Below, piece after piece: positions 1 to 7,339 of a stretch of DNA of 30,676 nucleotides. The DNA comes from a virus. Lineage: Duplodnaviria > Caudoviricetes. The translations under genes and the position numbers were made by a program. Numbering within the stretch: position 1 is the first letter of the stretch; each line of letters begins with the position of its first letter. Where the stretch lies: positions 1 through 30,676 of the IMG/VR virus record IMGVR_UViG_3300035182_000075, one strand, 5' to 3'. The notes under the pieces are model-generated. The model ran no database searches, was not told the origin of the DNA, and saw only the letters and a list, made by a program, of their open reading frames with translations.

Positions 1-63
1 GGTCTGAAGGCCATTGCCGCGTTCAACGACCACTTCACCAACGAGATCGGGAGGCAGATATGA
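1..63 (+). CDS. 3' end of a hypothetical protein (partial, ...GLKAIAAFNDHFTNEIGRQI*)
   Basis: Frame 1 is open to TGA at 61-63, overlapping the ATG at 60 (ATGA coupling). Confidence 0.6.
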   Translation, partial: GLKAIAAFNDHFTNEIGRQI

Positions 64-635
64 TGACCTACAATTCAACCACCACGCTTGCGGCCATCCG
101 CGCCAAATCGCCATGCCAAGATGGCTGGACCAAACTTCTGTCAAGCCTCGGCAAGACGGCGGCGGATGATGAACCGCTGGCCCTGTTGACTGTTCTGGAC
201 AGCAACGGTTTTGACGATGCGCTGTGGGTTCTGTCCTACGCAATGCCAGACAACAGGCTGGCACGGCACTTCCAAGCATGGTGCGCAGAGCAGGTTCTGC
301 ATATATTCGAGGCCGAGCGGCCCGGCGATATGCGTGTTCGGGATCAGATTGCGACGCTGTGGAATGACGATGCCAGTGCGGAAGCACGGGCCGCCGCATG
401 GACCGCCGCACGGGCCGCCGAAGGGGACGCCGCAGTGGCCGCCGCAGTGGCCGCCGCACGGGCCGCCGCATGGACCGCCGCATGGGACGCCGCAGTGGCC
501 GCCGCATGGGCCGCCGCAGGGGCCGCCGCAGGGGACGCCGCAGTGGCCGCCGCATGGGCCGCCGCAGGGGCCGCCGCAGGGGCCGCCGCACGGGATGACC
601 AAGAGCGCCAGCTTCGCAAAATGCTGGTGGAATGA
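60..635 (+). CDS. Phage protein with Imm5-like region and Ala-rich tetrapeptide repeats
   Basis: GGAGG RBS; DDALW...WCAEQVLHIFE...PGDMRVR followed by xAAA repeats, a pattern common in phage early proteins. Confidence 0.75.
   Translation: MMTYNSTTTLAAIRAKSPCQDGWTKLLSSLGKTAADDEPLALLTVLDSNGFDDALWVLSYAMPDNRLARHFQAWCAEQVLHIFEAERPGDMRVRDQIATLWNDDASAEARAAAWTAARAAEGDAAVAAAVAAARAAAWTAAWDAAVAAAWAAAGAAAGDAAVAAAWAAAGAAAGAAARDDQERQLRKMLVE
387..590 (+). repeat. Tandem 12-bp coding repeat, 17 units (NNN-RMC-GCC-GCA)
   Basis: Units encode RAAA/WTAA/RAAE/GDAA/VAAA/WDAA/WAAA/GAAA. Confidence 0.95.
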
Positions 636-853
636 TGGCCTACAAGCCCTGCAAATACCTCGACGCCAAGCCGGGGGAGAGGATCATGAAGGATAGCTTT
701 TTTCGGTGCCTGTGCCCGATCCCGGTCATGCCGGTGTTTCCGGTCAGCATCACGAAAGCCTATGGGTTCCGTTTTCTGATCGACAAAGACAAGTGTCTTG
801 TAAGAAAGGAAGACTGCGCGGCGTGTCCGCTTTATGAGGGTAGGAAAGGATGA
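632..853 (+). CDS. Hypothetical Cys-rich protein
   Basis: ATGA overlaps at both ends; CxC and CxxC motifs. Confidence 0.7.
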   Translation: MMAYKPCKYLDAKPGERIMKDSFFRCLCPIPVMPVFPVSITKAYGFRFLIDKDKCLVRKEDCAACPLYEGRKG

Positions 854-1047
854 CCGATTTCGAGATGCAGTATTGCGGTAGCCTGTTCATGCTGCGGCCT
901 ATGACGCCGGAGGCGCGGACCCACCTTGAGGAGCGCGTCGACGACGAGGCTCAGTGGCTGAGTGGCGCGCTGGCGGTGGAACGCCGCTACATGGCACCTC
1001 TGAAGGAGCGGCTGGAGGAAAACGGTTTCACAGTGGGGATGAGCTAA
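850..1047 (+). CDS. Hypothetical phage protein
   Basis: AGGAAAGG RBS; coupled to the upstream stop. Confidence 0.8.
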   Translation: MTDFEMQYCGSLFMLRPMTPEARTHLEERVDDEAQWLSGALAVERRYMAPLKERLEENGFTVGMS

Positions 1048-1048
1048 A

Positions 1049-1438
1049 ATGAAGATCAAGAAGCGGACGATCCTGCACGTCGTCAATGACATCCTGCGGG
1101 ATACGGGGGTGACGACGACGCTGAGCGGGGCAATCATCGAGATGCTGCGCGAGCGTCTGGAAATGGGCCACCCGAAGATGATGGGTCCCGTCGTTTTGAG
1201 CGGAGACGTAAAGGGCGGCATGGGCGCAGCGCCTACCATCGTGGGTGCCAATCGTATGGTTGGCACAGATCAGTCGGCACCCCTTCTGGCGGCGCTGCAG
1301 CCGTTCGCTGATCTCGCAAACAAGCTCGACCGAAGCCACGATAGCTTGCACGATAGCATAGAGGTCGCCATCAGGCTTCGGCTGCTGCGGGCGGCGCGTA
1401 GAGCCATCATCTCCTATAACCGGGGGGTCAAGCCATGA
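1049..1438 (+). CDS. Hypothetical protein
   Basis: Tight operon packing, GC3-rich codons. Confidence 0.75.
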   Translation: MKIKKRTILHVVNDILRDTGVTTTLSGAIIEMLRERLEMGHPKMMGPVVLSGDVKGGMGAAPTIVGANRMVGTDQSAPLLAALQPFADLANKLDRSHDSLHDSIEVAIRLRLLRAARRAIISYNRGVKP

Positions 1439-1683
1439 GCCGGAAGCTGCTGCGGACGGTGGTGATCACCGAGGATCGGGGGATCAAGGTGCGGGTCGGG
1501 ATCGACCTGTTCAGGGAGTGCATCCTGCCTTCCGGCGCCGACGAAAGGGTCGAGGTGGGCAACCTCACCAAGGAGGTCATGGACCTCATCTACGGGCCGA
1601 TTTTGGCCAAACTGGAGTCGGTCAAGACGACCGACGTCCGGGTCAACGAGAAACTGAAGGAGATCATGGATGGACTTCGTTGA
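1435..1683 (+). CDS. Hypothetical protein
   Basis: ATGA overlap, GC3-rich codons. Confidence 0.75.
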   Translation: MSRKLLRTVVITEDRGIKVRVGIDLFRECILPSGADERVEVGNLTKEVMDLIYGPILAKLESVKTTDVRVNEKLKEIMDGLR

Positions 1684-1930
1684 TGTCAGCTTCGCTGAGA
1701 TTCAGACCGCGCTGTTTAGGGCGGCCAAGGGGAAACTCTACTACCTGCATTTCGGGACCTACAGCGGGTTTCCCGCTCTGCAGCTTGACGGGATCGATCT
1801 TGGCTATCCCAAGACGCTGCAGGAGGCCGTGATGTTTATTGGGGCCTGCGTGCCGGTAGACCCTCTGGCACGGGCCTTGGATGATCTGAAGGCCAAGTAT
1901 GGGGCCGAGGCGGTGGCGGCGGCCATCTGA
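1670..1930 (+). CDS. Hypothetical protein
   Basis: AAGGAG RBS; last gene before a terminator. Confidence 0.75.
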   Translation: MDFVDVSFAEIQTALFRAAKGKLYYLHFGTYSGFPALQLDGIDLGYPKTLQEAVMFIGACVPVDPLARALDDLKAKYGAEAVAAAI

Positions 1931-1952
1931 TTCGGGCACGAGGCGGCGGAAC

Positions 1953-1978
1953 TGGGGGCTTAGGCCCCCATTTTTTTT
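1953..1978 (+). terminator. Rho-independent terminator
   Basis: Perfect 7-bp stem TGGGGGC-ttag-GCCCCCA followed by T8. Confidence 0.92.
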
Positions 1979-2345
1979 GCCTAGCGTCTTATTGATTTCT
2001 TCTTGTTCTTATCTACTTTTTTCAATGAAAACAAATACATAGAGTATCTTTGTATATCTAACTGTCAGCTTCGACGTCTAAGTCCTTGATCTATAAGGAT
2101 AATAAAGAAACTAATCTATATCATTCATAGATAGTTCCGTATTTAGGAAATAGCTTATATCCCCCAGAGATAGCTCTTAGGGGGTTGTTTGCATCTTGGT
2201 ATCTAGGACGGGAATAGATAGCGATTTTTTTGTTTCGCTTCAGGTTCTTAGATTGGTAGGAAGGAACCGTCTAAGTATTCCTACCGATCTAGGAGCACCA
2301 TCCTATCTATTGACGCCAACACTCTGGGTGTAGTAGGCTGATGCT
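1979..2345. other. AT-rich non-coding region with repeated TCTA/TAGA words and inverted repeats (candidate replication origin or packaging/terminus region)
   Basis: Abrupt GC drop, no ORF, many ATCTA/TAGAT(AG) words, 17-bp inverted repeat 2246-2262/2278-2294, IHF-like site on the minus strand at 2079-2091. Confidence 0.55.
2310..2339 (+). promoter_or_regulatory. Sigma70-type promoter
   Basis: TTGACG-N18-TAGGCT upstream of the ORF at 2355. Confidence 0.5.
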
Positions 2346-2354
2346 GTCCGGATC

Positions 2355-2873
2355 ATGGATCGTAACACCTTGGAGGTCAAGATTATTTTCCCGCAGGAGA
2401 CAAAGCAGATCAGGGATTGCGTGGCGATCCTAGATCACAATGGGGTGGCCAAGAGGAACGACAGAACGCCGAAGGTCACGTTCGATGGGGAGGTGTGGAT
2501 CGCAAGTCGGCTATCCTACCATCTGAACAATGGCAGCATTCCTCGGGGTCCGACGCATTCGGGCGGCCCGCTCGTCCTGCACAGGTGTGACCATCTTTGG
2601 TGCATCGCTCCGGAGCATCTGTATCTTGGCGACAGGTCGTACATGAGCAGCAGGTATGAGGTAACTCCCGAGGTCAGGGAGAAGATTTCATCTTCACAGA
2701 GGGGGAAGACCAAATCAGCGGAGACGCGGGCGAAGATGTCGGCGGCGCACAAGGGTAAACCGAAGTCTCCAGATACCCGCGCGAAGATGTCGGCGGCGGC
2801 CAAGAAAAGGAAGCCGTCCAAGGTCTACGGCAAGGCGACCCTGAAAGATATTGTTGACACCGTGTTGTTGTAG
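2355..2873 (+). CDS. HNH-endonuclease-like protein with three NUMOD3 motifs (active site appears degenerate)
   Basis: G-x-IP...VLHRCD-x3-C-x2-PEHL HNH_3-like scaffold; PEVREKIS, SAETRAKMSAAHKGK and SPDTRAKMSAA repeats. Confidence 0.85.
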   Translation: MDRNTLEVKIIFPQETKQIRDCVAILDHNGVAKRNDRTPKVTFDGEVWIASRLSYHLNNGSIPRGPTHSGGPLVLHRCDHLWCIAPEHLYLGDRSYMSSRYEVTPEVREKISSSQRGKTKSAETRAKMSAAHKGKPKSPDTRAKMSAAAKKRKPSKVYGKATLKDIVDTVLL

Positions 2874-2882
2874 GTGTATTCT
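2854..2882 (+). promoter_or_regulatory. Sigma70-type promoter
   Basis: TTGACA-N17-TATTCT, followed by an AAGGAG RBS before 2921. Confidence 0.75.
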
Positions 2883-2920
2883 CACTTCTATAGTCAGGGC
2901 ACAACAGAAGGAGCCAGACC

Positions 2921-3181
2921 ATGATCATGCTCGCAGACCGCTACGCCGCCGCGAAGGCCGCGCTCGACAAGGCGGAAGCCGAAATTACGGCCATCAAGAA
3001 GGAAGTCGAGGCGACGGGCCTGCCGCTGATCGAGGGGGTCACCTGTGACCTCAAGGTCGCGCTAGTCGGCCAGATGCGCGTCGACCAGAAGCTGATCGAT
3101 CCCGCAATCCTCGCGGCGGCCAAGCGCGAGGTCGTCTTCACGACCATCCGTGCGGTGGCCAAGGGGGTGATGGCAGCATGA
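2921..3181 (+). CDS. Hypothetical phage protein (N-terminal coiled coil)
   Basis: AAGGAG RBS, own promoter. Confidence 0.85.
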   Translation: MIMLADRYAAAKAALDKAEAEITAIKKEVEATGLPLIEGVTCDLKVALVGQMRVDQKLIDPAILAAAKREVVFTTIRAVAKGVMAA

Positions 3182-3399
3182 GCGACAGCATGTACATCGA
3201 TAACGGCAACTGCGCGATGCAGCAGTATGTTGACCTGAACGACCCGGATTATCTGAGCCGGGCGGTGGCGCTGTGGGCACATGTGGTTCCGAAGCAGGTG
3301 GATCGGTTCGACGCGTTCTATGCGCTGCTGAAGGCAGGTGCCGTGCTGCGTATCGCGCCGGGCGTGGTGGATGCGATCCAGAAGGAGATGGTACTGTGA
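3178..3399 (+). CDS. Hypothetical protein
   Basis: ATGA overlap. Confidence 0.7.
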   Translation: MSDSMYIDNGNCAMQQYVDLNDPDYLSRAVALWAHVVPKQVDRFDAFYALLKAGAVLRIAPGVVDAIQKEMVL

Positions 3400-3863
3400 C
3401 CAAGTACATCGCAATCGGACCATACGGTTCCCAAGCCACCCGCAATAGCGACCGGGTCTACACCCACGCGGTGCTCGTACGATACAGCAAGGGGCGGGCA
3501 ATCCACTGGGCCGGCGTTAGGAGCTCGCACGAGGACAGAAACTTCTGGTACCACCACGCCATCGTGAACGGCACCAGCGAGTGGCTGGACAAACCGAACT
3601 ACCGCACGATCGAGCAGCATCAGGTGGAGGTCGATCGCATGAAGCGGTCGTCGTCCGAGGCTCTGGCCGGATGCTCATCTCCGGATGAGTGGTTTGCGTT
3701 GCACAAGGCAAAGGCTCTGGCGGAGATCGAGTCGAAGGATTGGTTGGTCTGGCACTGCGTGGCGTGGTGCGGTCGGTACGATCTGGCAGTCGAGCAGAAG
3801 ATGCGGTGGGCGTCGAAGGATGGCGTCGATGGATGCGAGATCGTGGAAGTAAAAACTCGTTGA
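3396..3863 (+). CDS. Hypothetical phage protein (GTG start, MTKYIAIG...)
   Basis: GAAGGAG RBS and GTGA overlap support 3396 rather than 3273. Confidence 0.75.
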   Translation: MTKYIAIGPYGSQATRNSDRVYTHAVLVRYSKGRAIHWAGVRSSHEDRNFWYHHAIVNGTSEWLDKPNYRTIEQHQVEVDRMKRSSSEALAGCSSPDEWFALHKAKALAEIESKDWLVWHCVAWCGRYDLAVEQKMRWASKDGVDGCEIVEVKTR

Positions 3864-3889
3864 CAACAAGTGTCCGTGCGGTGTAGAGT
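3860..3889 (+). promoter_or_regulatory. Sigma70-type promoter
   Basis: TTGACA-N18-TAGAGT, followed by an AGGAG RBS before 3916. Confidence 0.65.
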
Positions 3890-3915
3890 GCATCGTACGG
3901 ACATAGGAGATTTCA

Positions 3916-4131
3916 ATGACCGACTGGGATGAGATCGAGGCGGAGATCGCCGAGGAGAACCGGAAAGCCTACGACGCCCTGCAGACCCCCGAGGCGATCG
4001 CCCGGACGGACGCCAAGCGGAAGGCAGAGTTTGACCTTGGGGTCAGGAGCGGCTGGTGGGATGCCGAGGGTAACAGCCTGCTGAACAATAAAACCGACGA
4101 TGATGGGGATGATGAAGATGGCGATCTCTGA
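3916..4131 (+). CDS. Hypothetical acidic protein
   Basis: AGGAG RBS. Confidence 0.8.
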   Translation: MTDWDEIEAEIAEENRKAYDALQTPEAIARTDAKRKAEFDLGVRSGWWDAEGNSLLNNKTDDDGDDEDGDL

Positions 4132-4858
4132 AGTAACGAAAGCCCGGATCAACAAGCACGTTCTGGCGCCGGAGCCGGTCAAGCGCAGCCACAAGAAGAA
4201 GGCCCCGTCGACCGCGCTGGTCCCCGTGGTGCAAGCACCGCTGGCCAACTACCGGTCGGCGACGAAGGAGACCTACGAGGGGCTGGAGGAGTCGTTCAAG
4301 TTCTACAACGACAACCTGTTCGAGTCGAAGCTGCCGGAGGTGTTCTTCACGATCCACCGCAAGCGGAAGGCGAATGGGTACTTTTGGCCGGACCAGTTCA
4401 AGAACCGCGAGGATGGGCACACGCTGCACGAGATCGCGCTGAACCCCGAGACGATGGATCGGACGATGGAGTCGGTCTTCGGCACACTGGTGCATGAGAT
4501 GTGCCACCTGTGGCAGAAGGAGTTCGGGCACAAGTACCCGGAGAAGGTTTATCACAACACCGAGTTTGCGGCGCAGATGGAGAAGGTCGGCCTGATCTGC
4601 TCGGCAGACGGCACCCCGGGCGGCAAGAAGACCGGGCGGAACATGAACCACTACGTGGACGAGAATGGGCCGTTCGCCGCGCTGAGGTGCCCCGTGGTGC
4701 TGCCGTACTTCACGCAGGCTCAGGTGGCTATGGCGAAGAAGAAGGACCTGTCCAAGGTCAAGTACACCTGCCCGACGTGCCAGACGAATATCTGGGGCAA
4801 ACTGGGGATCAACGTGACCTGCGGCGAGTGCGACGAAAAGATGGAGCCGGAGGAATGA
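4100..4858 (+). CDS. SprT-like zinc metalloprotease with C-terminal zinc ribbon (start may be 4109-4118)
   Basis: FYNDNLF...LP, EIALNP, TLVHEMCHLWQ (HExxH), YHNTEF, C-terminal CPTC...CGEC. Confidence 0.9.
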   Translation: MMGMMKMAISEVTKARINKHVLAPEPVKRSHKKKAPSTALVPVVQAPLANYRSATKETYEGLEESFKFYNDNLFESKLPEVFFTIHRKRKANGYFWPDQFKNREDGHTLHEIALNPETMDRTMESVFGTLVHEMCHLWQKEFGHKYPEKVYHNTEFAAQMEKVGLICSADGTPGGKKTGRNMNHYVDENGPFAALRCPVVLPYFTQAQVAMAKKKDLSKVKYTCPTCQTNIWGKLGINVTCGECDEKMEPEE

Positions 4859-5019
4859 TCAGGTGGTTTTTTGTAGATCGCAATTTCAGCCTCTTCGGGC
4901 TGATCACGGTCTCACTGGGGGCAAGTTTTGTCGTGGATGGACAGTGGATGGCCGGCCTCTTGATATGGGTCGGCGGGGGGTTCGTACAGAATGTCTTCTT
5001 CACCATGGGTGAAGAATGA
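4855..5019 (+). CDS. Small membrane protein (two hydrophobic segments)
   Basis: GGAG RBS, ATGA overlaps at both ends; MIRWFFVDRNFSLFGLITVSLG... Confidence 0.7.
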   Translation: MIRWFFVDRNFSLFGLITVSLGASFVVDGQWMAGLLIWVGGGFVQNVFFTMGEE

Positions 5020-5222
5020 GTAACCATCGGTGCAATATCTGCGGGAAGCAGGGGGACTGGCGGCACACTGCTGGTCTCTGTGTAGAGTGCTCGGACATTC
5101 ATGATATGCGACAGCGCAAGCTGGAGAACCAGAACGATCAGGAGTTTAACGCGTTCTTGGACCTGCCGGACTCGGAGAAGTGGCGGCTCCTGTGGGACGC
5201 AATGTTGGGGATCAAGAAATGA
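5016..5222 (+). CDS. Small zinc-finger protein
   Basis: CNICG...CVEC. Confidence 0.75.
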   Translation: MSNHRCNICGKQGDWRHTAGLCVECSDIHDMRQRKLENQNDQEFNAFLDLPDSEKWRLLWDAMLGIKK

Positions 5223-5518
5223 TCAGCTTCGAGAACAACTGGCGGGCGGGGGTGATCCCCGCCATGCTCTACGAGGATGACCCGCATGGGGCTGTCGAGC
5301 AGTTGAACGAAAACTACGCCCACGGCGGTGGCTGGGTGCCGTTCAAGGAGTTCACGATGGTGGATTCCTACGGTCTGTACTACGAGGGTGACCCAACGAT
5401 CTACCCGGTGGCGAGCGGCACGCTGCACGGCAATGAGATCGTCTTGGTCTACCCGTTCGGATGGGTGGCAGTGGTGCAGAAGGCTGGCGGCTCCTACGTT
5501 GTGGCGAGGATGGATTAG
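5219..5518 (+). CDS. Hypothetical phage protein
   Basis: ATGA overlap at 5219; globular aromatic-rich sequence (NYAHGGGW, YEGDP, YPFGWVAVVQ). Confidence 0.8.
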   Translation: MISFENNWRAGVIPAMLYEDDPHGAVEQLNENYAHGGGWVPFKEFTMVDSYGLYYEGDPTIYPVASGTLHGNEIVLVYPFGWVAVVQKAGGSYVVARMD

Positions 5519-5751
5519 TGAACATGCGCGGTATGACGTACGTTGCCCTGAAGGAGGCGATGGAGCGGGAGACGGAGTTGCGGGATGCGGCGCGGGCGCG
5601 GTGCAAGAACCTGCGGTCCGAGATTGTAACGGCACAAAGGCAACTGCGGGATTTGCATGATGCCTTGCGGGTGCTATCTTTGCAGGAAGGCGAGCACAAC
5701 GATAACCGCGCGATGGCGCAGGCATATCTGGATATGAAGAATGATCACTAA
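5518..5751 (+). CDS. Hypothetical coiled-coil protein
   Basis: TAGTG overlap; start at GTG 5518 or ATG 5524. Confidence 0.65.
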   Translation: MNMRGMTYVALKEAMERETELRDAARARCKNLRSEIVTAQRQLRDLHDALRVLSLQEGEHNDNRAMAQAYLDMKNDH

Positions 5752-5992
5752 GTTTGCGGCACAAAAACTTCTGGAGAGCATTGACCTATTCGAAAAGTCT
5801 CTTTCTCAGTGTGAAGCGTATATCGCGTCTGGATGCCCGGAAGGACCTGCGCCTACAACCCCAAAAAAGATCAGGCGCAATATCAAGGAAAACTTCAAGC
5901 TTGCCAGACGCTGGATGCCTCACCTTTCCAAAGCTTCCGATGATGACATCATGAAGGAGCTTCGCCGCATCCAGAGGGGAAGAATACAATGA
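5741..5992 (+). CDS. Hypothetical protein (lower GC)
   Basis: Fills the gap and is coupled to terS by ATGA. Confidence 0.65.
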   Translation: MITKFAAQKLLESIDLFEKSLSQCEAYIASGCPEGPAPTTPKKIRRNIKENFKLARRWMPHLSKASDDDIMKELRRIQRGRIQ

Positions 5993-6486
5993 CCGGCAGA
6001 CCCACAGAGCTTACCGACGAACTGGCAATCCTGATCTGCGAGAGGATCATGCAGGAGCCTTCGGTCAAGGCTGTCTGCGAGGCGGACGACATGCCTGAAC
6101 GCTGGCGGCTGTACTCGTGGTTGGCTGCGAACCCGACCTTCGCCGACAGCTACACGCGTGCGCGCGAGGTGCGCCTGCAGACCATGGCTGACGACATCGA
6201 CGACATCGGTCAAGGCACCCTGAATGGAACGTACGAGCATCAGGCGGCTCGGATCGCGATCGACGCCAAGAAGTGGATTCTGTCGAAACTGAAGCCCCGG
6301 GTCTATGGCGATAAGCTGGCCGTCGGCGGCGATGCTGACGCGCCTCCGATCCAGACCGAGGCGAAGGTCAAGCTGGACCTGTCTGGCCTATCCATGGAGG
6401 AACTGGACGTGCTGGAGAAGGTCATGCGGTCCACCGGCGCCAAGCTGCCGCAGGAGGAGGATGAAGACGATGATGATGGCGTTTGA
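5989..6486 (+). CDS. terS: Terminase small subunit (Sf6/P22-like HTH)
   Basis: GRPT...ICERI...SVKAVC...MP...YSWL...Y.RARE...IDAKKWILSKLKPRVYGDK. Confidence 0.9.
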   Translation: MTGRPTELTDELAILICERIMQEPSVKAVCEADDMPERWRLYSWLAANPTFADSYTRAREVRLQTMADDIDDIGQGTLNGTYEHQAARIAIDAKKWILSKLKPRVYGDKLAVGGDADAPPIQTEAKVKLDLSGLSMEELDVLEKVMRSTGAKLPQEEDEDDDDGV

Positions 6487-6559
6487 CCTGTGGATGGCGG
6501 CCTGCGCTGTCGGATTCATCATCGTTGTTGTGGGTATGTTTTTTACTTCCAATGAGTGA
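6470..6559 (+). CDS. Small single-pass membrane peptide
   Basis: GGAGG RBS; MMMAFDLWMAACAVGFIIVVVGMFFTSNE. Confidence 0.5.
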   Translation: MMMAFDLWMAACAVGFIIVVVGMFFTSNE

Positions 6560-6605
6560 ACAACTAGTATAATATATCATTTGGTAACTTCTTTGAGGGG
6601 AAAGT

Positions 6606-7157
6606 ATGAACCCGCGTGATCAGATTATGGAGCTTCCGCCGGGCGAACGCCTCGCGGCGGCTCTGCACATGATTGAGGAAATGGCAGGCAAGCCGGCGGA
6701 CAAGCGCGCTTGGCTGATGGAGGAATGGAAACTGAGCACCACGGAGGCCAGCATCTTTCTGTTCTTGAACCAGAACGCCGGAAAGGTGGTCTATAAGGAT
6801 CGACTATTCGCGGCGGTGTGGGGGGCCGACCCTGAGGTCGAGATCAAGATATTGGACGTCATGATATGCAAGCTTCGGAAGAAGTGCCCTGCCACCATCG
6901 CCACGGTCTGGGGCGTCGGCTACCGCCTTGAGGAGGCGTTCGACATTCCCACCGTTCATCCGGTCATGGTTGAGAAGGTCAGGGTCGAGTGGACGACTGA
7001 GCAGGATCAGGACCTGATGCACATGATCGCCAGCGGCTCCAGCCTTCAGTCGATCTGTGAGGAGACCGGCCGCAGCCCCCGTGGCATTCGTGACCGCGCC
7101 TATGCAATCTGGCGCGGCTACTGGCAGAACGTGCATCGTATGGTGCCATCGTCATGA
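6606..7157 (+). CDS. Transcriptional regulator: CtrA-like OmpR/PhoB winged helix fused to a GcrA-like HTH, no receiver domain
   Basis: EIKILDVMICKLRKK...TVWGVGY resembles the CtrA recognition helix and wing; WTTEQDQDL...SGSSLQSICEETGRSPRGI resembles the GcrA N-terminal HTH. Confidence 0.85.
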   Translation: MNPRDQIMELPPGERLAAALHMIEEMAGKPADKRAWLMEEWKLSTTEASIFLFLNQNAGKVVYKDRLFAAVWGADPEVEIKILDVMICKLRKKCPATIATVWGVGYRLEEAFDIPTVHPVMVEKVRVEWTTEQDQDLMHMIASGSSLQSICEETGRSPRGIRDRAYAIWRGYWQNVHRMVPSS

Positions 7158-7339
7158 CCCAGACCTACGTGATTGCGGACGTCCACGGACACACACCGCA
7201 TGGTGAGCCGGAGCTTCTGGCTGACCGCACGAACCTAGACACCGGCGCCTGCTTCGGCGGCTGCCTGTCGGTCGGGGTGTTCGACGACGACACGCCGGTA
7301 GGACCGGTGCAGGTGATCAAGATCAAGGGGGAATGGTGA
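7154..7339 (+). pseudogene. Internally deleted metallophosphoesterase (phage Ser/Thr phosphatase) remnant
   Basis: N-terminal YVIADVHG is joined directly to C-terminal HGHTP...NLDTGACFGGCLS; GDxxDRG and GNHE motifs are absent; 61 aa. Confidence 0.8.

Noticed and set aside
387-590. Possible CRISPR-like array
   Set aside because: Contiguous 12-bp units with no spacers, in frame within a CDS, and no cas genes.
141-696. Alternative-frame ORFs with PCGG, HGPP and GRRx repeats
   Set aside because: By-products of the stop-free 12-bp repeat; only 60-635 has an RBS, coupling and a non-repetitive protein-like N-terminus.
1979-2345. CtrA boxes, tRNA or an att site in the AT-rich region
   Set aside because: No TTAA-N7-TTAA, no cloverleaf or T-loop consensus, and no integrase in the window.
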